Below, piece after piece: positions 35,956 through 42,081 of a stretch of DNA of 42,081 nucleotides; within the stretch, counting starts at the first letter, position 1; every line of letters starts with the position of its first letter. The position numbers were made by a program, and so were the translations under genes. This DNA comes from Candidatus Sericytochromatia bacterium (GTDB taxonomy: Bacteria; Cyanobacteriota; Sericytochromatia; S15B-MN24; UBA4093), in assembly GCA_036676985.1 (NCBI GenBank), contig JAKFBU010000062.1, positions 1 to 42,081 on the forward strand. Reading direction: 5' to 3'. Below the pieces are notes generated by a model. The model saw only the letters and a list, made by a program, of their open reading frames with translations. It did not search any database and had not been told where the DNA came from.

Positions 35956-37830
35956 TTAGAAGCCGATACCGGTCGAAACGGCCAGGTTGATCGACTTGAA
36001 GTCGGGGTCCGTACCGGCGGCCAGGTCCAGCTTGGTCAGGAACAGGTTCATCCCCAGACCCGCGCCGTACACGGGATCCTTGCCGCCGAAGCGGGCACCC
36101 GCGCGGGCGTAGAGGAAGTTGAGGATGTTCCACTCCAGACCCGCCTGGAGGCTGGGACCGTAGCTCTGCTGGGTCGCCGGGTTGACCTCCAGCGATTGCT
36201 GGACATCACCCATCAGGTTGAAGCCGAGGGGCAGACGGTAGGTCGCACCCAGGGCGAACACGGTGGGCTCGGTGTCCGTGAAGTTGATGTTGGTCGTGCC
36301 GTCCGGCGTGAAGGAGAACTTGCTGCCGTCGAAGGACGTCTTGAAGTTCGTCTGGGTGCCGGGCCAGAAGACGGCCGCGTTGTAGACCGAAGCGCCCAGG
36401 GAGAGCGCGTCGTCGAAGTCCACCACCGCGCCGACGTCGACGCCGGTGCCGATGGAGCTCGCCGCGCGGCTCTTGAGGGTCATGCCGAGGGCCTTGTTGT
36501 AGTCGAGGCTACCGAAGCTCTCCAGCTTCTTCTGCATGTCGGCGGCCTTCGAGTAGTCCTTGGAGAACTCGTCGAGGGCGGTGGTCAGGGTCTCGAGCGG
36601 CTCGCTGAGGTTGATGGAGGCCTCGGCGGTGAGGGTGCCCGGAGCGCCGAGGCTCAGGGGCTGGGAGCCCGCCGCCGTCTCGATGGGAGCCTGGATGGAG
36701 CCGGGGCCGCCGAACACCTTGAAGGCGCCGCCGACCGAGGCGCGAGCCTTGGGGAAGCCGGGCAGGGCGGGGAAGGGGATGGGCTGCGACAGCGTCACGG
36801 CCCCCGTGCCGTAGGCGCGGTTGGTCTCGGCGACCGTGAAGGTGCGGGCGCCGGTGTCGGACGCGCCGTCCTTCATGAAGACGCCGAAGCCGTCCTTGCT
36901 CGTGATGGTGTCGCGCACCGCCATGACCTTCTGGCCGATCTCCGCGGGGCTGATGTCGTTCTTGCCCATCGCGTCCTTGAGGTCCTTGATGTTCTGCGTG
37001 AGGCGCTGGTCAAGGGTCGGGAAGTTGGTGACGGTCTTCATGATGACCGGCGAGGCCACCGTGAGGTCCAGGCGGCCATCCCCCCAGGCGCGGACGCCCA
37101 GGGCGCCCCACGCCAGGCCGCCGCGCTGCGGAGCGGGCTCTTCGCGCTTGATGACGGACTTGACGGGCTGATCGAGCTTGCTCTGGCTCGTGGCGATGGC
37201 CGCGCTCCCGGTGGCCGCGACGCTCTCGGTCGCAGCGGGCGCGGCCGCAACGACGCTACCGGTGGCCGCAGGGGCCACGCTGGTGCGAATCTGCGAGCCC
37301 TCGGGCTTCTTGGCCTCGATCTTGGCGATCGGCTTGGGCTTGGGGGGATCCACGGGCATGGTCACGCCCAGGAGCGAGGGCACGGGGATCTTGAGGCCCA
37401 GGAGGCCCGTGCGCAGGCCGAGGCCCAAGGTCAGGCCGTCGTTGGTGAGGGTCTTGACGGCGTCAGGGGTGGCCACCTGGTCGGGGGCCTTGGCCGAGGC
37501 GCGCTTGGAGGCGTCCGCAACCTCCTGCGAATACTGGAAGTAGCTCGCCATGTACTGGCCGTAGCCAAGCAGGGCCGGGACGTCGTTGGCGCCCACGGCG
37601 TTGTTGCCGAGCGACAGGCCGAGGTTCGGGCCGATGTACAGGAAGCCGCGCTGCTGGTGCAGCAGGGCCGGGTTGCTCAGCGTGCCGTTGACGTCCGCGT
37701 TGGGGTAGGCCGTGTAGTGGCCGCCCAGGGACAGGGCGCGCGGGTCGAGAGGCTCGGCAGCCAGGGCAGGCGCGGCCGCCAGGGGAAGGGTCGCGGCGAT
37801 CAGGGCGATCGCCCGGAAGGTCTTTTTCAC
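35956..37830 (-). CDS. Outer-membrane beta-barrel protein (TraF_2/DUF5723-like)
   Basis: GTG start, signal peptide, DPRALSLGG...NPALL N-terminal motif, amphipathic strands, terminal STGIGF. Confidence 0.7.
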   Translation of the reverse strand: MKKTFRAIALIAATLPLAAAPALAAEPLDPRALSLGGHYTAYPNADVNGTLSNPALLHQQRGFLYIGPNLGLSLGNNAVGANDVPALLGYGQYMASYFQYSQEVADASKRASAKAPDQVATPDAVKTLTNDGLTLGLGLRTGLLGLKIPVPSLLGVTMPVDPPKPKPIAKIEAKKPEGSQIRTSVAPAATGSVVAAAPAATESVAATGSAAIATSQSKLDQPVKSVIKREEPAPQRGGLAWGALGVRAWGDGRLDLTVASPVIMKTVTNFPTLDQRLTQNIKDLKDAMGKNDISPAEIGQKVMAVRDTITSKDGFGVFMKDGASDTGARTFTVAETNRAYGTGAVTLSQPIPFPALPGFPKARASVGGAFKVFGGPGSIQAPIETAAGSQPLSLGAPGTLTAEASINLSEPLETLTTALDEFSKDYSKAADMQKKLESFGSLDYNKALGMTLKSRAASSIGTGVDVGAVVDFDDALSLGASVYNAAVFWPGTQTNFKTSFDGSKFSFTPDGTTNINFTDTEPTVFALGATYRLPLGFNLMGDVQQSLEVNPATQQSYGPSLQAGLEWNILNFLYARAGARFGGKDPVYGAGLGMNLFLTKLDLAAGTDPDFKSINLAVSTGIGF

Positions 37831-37855
37831 GGATTCTGTTCCTCTCAACACGCGG

Positions 37856-38632
37856 CTACTGCGTCACCTGGAAACCGGAGCCGTCCGAGACGCCGATGGC
37901 GAAGCGGATGGCCTTCTCGTCGATCTTGAGCGGCGAGACGATCCAGGCGTAGGTCTTGCTGGGGTCCAGCTGGTCGCTCGAGACGCCCGAGTCCGTCTTG
38001 GCGAACTTGGGGTCCATGCCCTTCATGAGGTCCGTGATTTCCTTGGTCATGGCCGCCATGTCCGAGGGCGTGCCATACGCGACCTCGTAGTCCGTCGCGC
38101 TGACCGAGTGCGAGGCGGCCTCCAGGAAGGCGTTGTAGAGGGGCACGGTGGGCGCGGCCGTGTCCGTGACCGTCACCATGAAGCCGTTGGGGGCCGCACC
38201 GTCCGCCATCTTCCAGCGGAACTTGAGGCCCGTGCGGGGAACGGTCGCAAACGGCAGGGCATCCGGGGAGATGGCCTGGGTCGTGCCCGCATCGCCCACC
38301 GTGTAGGGCTGGATGGGGCGCGCGATGGACTTCTGGTTGGCGAAGGTCGCCGTGTAGGTGTAGGTGCTGCCGTCCGGCGTCACCGAGTCCTCGCCGAAGT
38401 TCTTCGACTTGTCGATGCTGTTGAGCTCGGCACCGCCCTTGGTCATGCTCGTCAGCGCGCTGGTGCCGCCCCAGATGAGGGCCACCTTGCACTGCTCGGT
38501 GAGGCCGACCTTCATCGTGATCGAGCGGACCAAGAAGGTCTGGAGGCTGTCCTGGAGGCTGAGCGCCTCCTGGTAGGCCGCACAACCGCCCAGCAGCCCG
38601 ATGAGGGCCAAAGGAATAAGTTTCTTTACCAC
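37856..38632 (-). CDS. Hypothetical lipoprotein
   Basis: AAGGAG RBS, GTG start, lipobox LLGGC. Confidence 0.7.
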   Translation of the reverse strand: MVKKLIPLALIGLLGGCAAYQEALSLQDSLQTFLVRSITMKVGLTEQCKVALIWGGTSALTSMTKGGAELNSIDKSKNFGEDSVTPDGSTYTYTATFANQKSIARPIQPYTVGDAGTTQAISPDALPFATVPRTGLKFRWKMADGAAPNGFMVTVTDTAAPTVPLYNAFLEAASHSVSATDYEVAYGTPSDMAAMTKEITDLMKGMDPKFAKTDSGVSSDQLDPSKTYAWIVSPLKIDEKAIRFAIGVSDGSGFQVTQ

Positions 38633-38892
38633 GTTGGGACCGCTCCTTTTAGGATCCTGGCATACCCCTGGAGGGCCTTGGCCTGCCAGCGCCGGGGCCC
38701 GAGGCATTATACACCGAACAAGCAGTACCTTTTCCAGGTCATGTCCTCTTTTGCAAATCTTCACGGTAGCCCGCTCCGGTGGACACCGGCTAGCCGCTTT
38801 GCTACCATCTGACCAACCCGCGGGCCGCCCTCTGGGCACAACCGACCCGCCGCCTTCCGTACCTCCTCCCGTCCGCCAAGGAGCCTTCCCGC

Positions 38893-39453
38893 GTGAGCAC
38901 CAGCGTTCCGAGCCTTCTCGACAGCATCGACCACACCCTCATCTCCGCCGAGCAGATCGCCCAGCGATGCGCCGAGCTCGGCCAGACCCTCTCCGAGGAC
39001 TACGCCGGCAAGGACCTCTTGGTCATCGGCGTCCTCAAGGGCGTCGCCCTCTTCCTCGGCGACCTGTTCCGCGAGATCAAGATCCCCTGCGACCTCGACT
39101 TCATGGCCGTCTCGAGCTACGGAGCCTCGACCCGCTCGTCGGGCGTCGTGCGCATCCTCAAGGACCTGGACGAGACGGTGACCGGCCGCCACATCCTCAT
39201 CATCGAGGACATCATCGACACCGGCCTCACGCTGAGCTACCTGGTGCGCCTCCTGTTGGAGCGCCGCCCGGCCTCCCTCGAGATCTGCTCCTTGCTGGAC
39301 AAGCCCGCCCGCCGGCTCGTCGACGTGCCCGTCAAGTACACGGGCTTCACCATCGAGGACAAGTTCGTGGTCGGCTACGGCCTCGACTACAACCAGAAGT
39401 TCCGGAACCTCCCCTTCATCGGCGTCCTCAAGCCCGAGGTCTATACGAAGTAG
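38893..39453 (+). CDS. hpt: Hypoxanthine phosphoribosyltransferase
   Basis: VLKG, FMAVSSYG, LIIEDIIDTGLTL, LLDKP, FVVGYGLDY...RNLPFI. Confidence 0.96.
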   Translation: MSTSVPSLLDSIDHTLISAEQIAQRCAELGQTLSEDYAGKDLLVIGVLKGVALFLGDLFREIKIPCDLDFMAVSSYGASTRSSGVVRILKDLDETVTGRHILIIEDIIDTGLTLSYLVRLLLERRPASLEICSLLDKPARRLVDVPVKYTGFTIEDKFVVGYGLDYNQKFRNLPFIGVLKPEVYTK

Positions 39454-39542
39454 AATCCGCGTCCCGCCTGACTGACGGCCGCACGGTTGCTCCCCACGCC
39501 CCCTGTTCGTTTACGCGGGGTTACCCGGAGCTTTACAAAGTG

Positions 39543-39622
39543 TGGTATAGTGGACGCTAGCCGCGGCCGATGGCCGGAATTCCAATACGCCAGTTTTGGA
39601 GAGTGGGCCTTGGCCCGCTCTC
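39543..39622 (+). promoter_or_regulatory. Extended -10 promoter and rimP-leader-like hairpin
   Basis: TGgTATAGT at 39543-39551. gagagtgggcc-tt-ggcccgctctc hairpin just upstream of the rimP RBS. Confidence 0.6.
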
Positions 39623-39642
39623 TTGTCTCTAAGGGGGGTCCC

Positions 39643-40095
39643 ATGTCACGCATTGCCGATCAAGTGACCGAGCTGGCCCGACCCATCGCGGACGAGCTGG
39701 GCCTCGAGCTCTTCGACGTCGAGTACGTCAAGGAGGGCGGGACCATGATCCTGCGGGTCACCATCGACTCCGAGGCGGGCATCTCGCATGCCGAGTGCGA
39801 GGCGATGAGTCGCAAGCTCGACGAGGTCCTCGACCAGCGGGACCTCATCGCCGGCGCCTACAACCTGGAGGTCTCCAGCCCTGGAGCCGAGCGTCCCTTG
39901 CGCTCCGAGCGGGACTTCCAGCGGTTCGTCGGCAAGCGCGTGCTGATCAAGACCTACGCTCCGGTCAACGGCAAGAAGGAGTGGACGGGCGAGCTCATCG
40001 GCCAGATGGACGGCGAGATCCGCATCAAGGGCCCCAAGGGGGACATGGCGTTCCCCGCCGACCAGGTTTCCTTGGTTCGTTTGACGATCGACTAG
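39643..40095 (+). CDS. rimP: Ribosome maturation factor RimP
   Basis: GLELFDVEY, LRVTIDS..GISHAEC..SR, YNLEVSSPGAERPL. Canonical position before nusA. Confidence 0.95.
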   Translation: MSRIADQVTELARPIADELGLELFDVEYVKEGGTMILRVTIDSEAGISHAECEAMSRKLDEVLDQRDLIAGAYNLEVSSPGAERPLRSERDFQRFVGKRVLIKTYAPVNGKKEWTGELIGQMDGEIRIKGPKGDMAFPADQVSLVRLTID

Positions 40096-40136
40096 GCGTC
40101 GCCGGCGATCGAACGCAAGACAGAGGGTAGAACCAG

Positions 40137-41387
40137 ATGAAGATTGACAAGGAACTCTTCAAGCAGATGCAGCGCGAGCGCGGCGTGAGCACCGAGGTGC
40201 TCCAGGAGGCGCTCGAGGCCGGCATGCTTTCGGCCTACAAGAAGACCGCCAACCCGCGCCCCAACACCATCGCCCGGCTCGACCTCGACACCGGCGAATT
40301 CCACATCCTCGATTTGCGCGAGGTGGTCGAGCTGGTCGAGGACCCCGACACCCAGCTCCCCCTCTCCGAGGCCAAGGAAATGCTGGACGAGGCCGAGGTC
40401 GGCCAGGTGCTCGAGATCGACGTCACGCCCGACCCCAGCGAGCTGGGTCGTCTGGCCGCCCAGATGATGAAGCAGGTGCTCAACCAGCGCCTGCGCGAGG
40501 CCGAGCGCAAGGTCGTCCTCGACCAGTTCAAGGGCAAGGAAGGCGAGACCATCATCGGCACGGTGCAGCGCGTCGAGGGCCGCAACATCATCGTCAACTT
40601 CGGCAAGGTCGAGGGCATCGTGCCCGGCTCCGAGCAGGTGCCCGGCGAGAGCTACCGCCCCGGCGACCGCATCAAGGTCTTCCTGTGCGAGGTCCGCGAG
40701 ACCACCCGCGGCATGCAGCTGCTCGTCAGCCGTGCCCACGCGGGCCTGGTCCGTGAGCTGTTCGAGCTCGAGATCCCCGAGATCATGGACGGCACGGTGG
40801 CCATCGAGGCAATCGCCCGCGAGGCCGGCCACCGCACCAAGATCGCCGTGCGCAGCCGCGACGCCTCGGTCGACCCGGTCGGCGCCTGCGTCGGCGCCCG
40901 CGGCGGCCGCATCCAGGGCATCGTCAACGAGCTGCGCAACGAGAAGATCGACATCATTCGCTGGAGCGAGGATCCCACGACCTTCATCGCCAATGCCCTC
41001 TCGCCCGCCAAGGTCATGTCCGTCCAGGTCTTCTCCCTGGAGCGCACGGCCAAGGTGGTGGTGCCGGACGCCATGCTCAGCCTGGCCATCGGCCGCGAGG
41101 GCCAGAACGTGCGGCTCGCCGCCCGTCTGACCGGCTACAAGATCGACATCAAGAGCGAGACCCAGCAGCGCGAGCTCAACGCCGCCGCCCTGGAGAGCGC
41201 CATGGGCGAGATCGAGCTCAAGGAAGCCCCCTACGGCGAGGAGGGCGAGTACATCGAGCCGACCGAGGTCGTGGAGACCGAGGTCCAGGCGACCGAGACG
41301 GTCGAGGAGCAGGAGCCCGCGGCTCCGGCACCCGAGACCGCGGAAACCGAGGAGACGACGGCCTCCGAAGAGGCCGAGCGCGCCTAA
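40137..41387 (+). CDS. nusA: Transcription termination/antitermination factor NusA
   Basis: GRLAAQ..KQV, S1 and KH domains (AREAGHRTKIAV, DPVGACVG, LAIGREGQNVRLAARLTG). Confidence 0.97.
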   Translation: MKIDKELFKQMQRERGVSTEVLQEALEAGMLSAYKKTANPRPNTIARLDLDTGEFHILDLREVVELVEDPDTQLPLSEAKEMLDEAEVGQVLEIDVTPDPSELGRLAAQMMKQVLNQRLREAERKVVLDQFKGKEGETIIGTVQRVEGRNIIVNFGKVEGIVPGSEQVPGESYRPGDRIKVFLCEVRETTRGMQLLVSRAHAGLVRELFELEIPEIMDGTVAIEAIAREAGHRTKIAVRSRDASVDPVGACVGARGGRIQGIVNELRNEKIDIIRWSEDPTTFIANALSPAKVMSVQVFSLERTAKVVVPDAMLSLAIGREGQNVRLAARLTGYKIDIKSETQQRELNAAALESAMGEIELKEAPYGEEGEYIEPTEVVETEVQATETVEEQEPAAPAPETAETEETTASEEAERA

Positions 41388-41393
41388 ACGGCC

Positions 41394-41657
41394 ATGGCTG
41401 CCGAGCCGCTTCGTCGCTGCGTGAGTTGTCGCCAGTTAGGATCAAAGTTAGAATTGATCCGGGTGGTGAGGACTCCCGACGGGACCGTCATTCTCGATCT
41501 GCGCGGCAAGGCGGCCGGGCGCGGGGCTTACGTCCATCGCCGGGCCGCGTGCGTCGACGAGGCGCTCCGGCGGCGCCATCTCGACCGCGCCTTACGGTGC
41601 AGCGTACCAGCGGAGCTGGCTAGAAACATCGCCGCTCTGGGTCAGGAGCACTCCTGA
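41394..41657 (+). CDS. ylxR: YlxR (RnpM) family RNA-binding protein
   Basis: PLRRCVSCR...KLELIRVVR...GRGAYV...C. Located between nusA and infB. Confidence 0.92.
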   Translation: MAAEPLRRCVSCRQLGSKLELIRVVRTPDGTVILDLRGKAAGRGAYVHRRAACVDEALRRRHLDRALRCSVPAELARNIAALGQEHS

Positions 41658-41707
41658 CCGGAGCGGCCCGACCGGGACTTTCCGGCGGATTGGAGGAAGT
41701 AAACGAC

Positions 41708-42081
41708 ATGCGGGTACACGAACTGGCCAAGCAGCTAAACGTCCAGCCTAAGGACATGCTCTCGCTGCTGCACGAGCTCGGCTTCAACGAGATCAAGAAC
41801 AACTTCAACGCCGTGACCCCGGCGATGGTGAAGGCCGCCACCGAGAAGGTCCAGGGCCCCGAGAAGCCCGCCACCCCCGCCAAGCCCAAGGTCGCGATCC
41901 ACCGGCCCGCGCCCCCGCCCACGCCGGCGGCCCCCCCGGCCCCCAAGCCCGCGGTGACCGTGGCCGAGCCCCCCAAGCCCGCGGAGCCCGCCGCCGAGGC
42001 CCCCAAGCCCGAAGTGCCCGCCGCCGAGGCCCCCAAGCCCGAAGCGCCCGCGGCTCCGACCCCGCCCGCGCCGCCGCCCCT
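41708..42081 (+). CDS. infB: Translation initiation factor IF-2, N-terminal part (runs off window)
   Basis: GGAGG RBS. MRVHELAKQLNVQPKDMLSLLHELG IF2_N motif, Pro/Ala/Glu linker. Canonical operon position. Confidence 0.9.
   Translation, partial: MRVHELAKQLNVQPKDMLSLLHELGFNEIKNNFNAVTPAMVKAATEKVQGPEKPATPAKPKVAIHRPAPPPTPAAPPAPKPAVTVAEPPKPAEPAAEAPKPEVPAAEAPKPEAPAAPTPPAPPP

Noticed and set aside
41985-42050. 30-bp tandem repeat
   Set aside because: Encodes the ordinary PAAEAPKPE low-complexity IF-2 linker.

Overview
High-GC diderm bacterial chromosome. Gene style is reminiscent of non-photosynthetic Cyanobacteriota relatives such as Ca. Sericytochromatia, but this is an unverified inference. Backbone: two giant NHL/beta-propeller surface proteins, VOC protein, tRNA-Gly(GCC), prfA, a Thr/Gly-rich beta-barrel, the selenocysteine locus (selA-selB-Zn ribbon-selC), REC-PilZ, FeoC-like protein, SLT, suhB, aroF, GT-A, IscA, a cobalamin riboswitch-btuB-propeller lipoprotein unit, queA, spoIID, lepB, a class III cyclase, hpt and rimP-nusA-ylxR-infB'. 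The main accessory feature is a ~6.7 kb lower-GC integrated element (9445-16171) bounded by exact 60-bp direct repeats. These copy the 5' part of tRNA-Sec rather than the usual 3' part. The host selC promoter is therefore left on a truncated tRNA fragment and points into the element toward a filamentous-phage gpII/X-type rep. The intact tRNA-Sec lies at the far end behind an element-supplied sigma70-like promoter (a promoter swap). The element also encodes an excisionase-HTH/tyrosine-recombinase fusion, an XRE regulator with a palindromic operator, an NHL lipoprotein and a ~350-nt multibranched structured non-coding region. It has no recognisable virion or conjugation genes.
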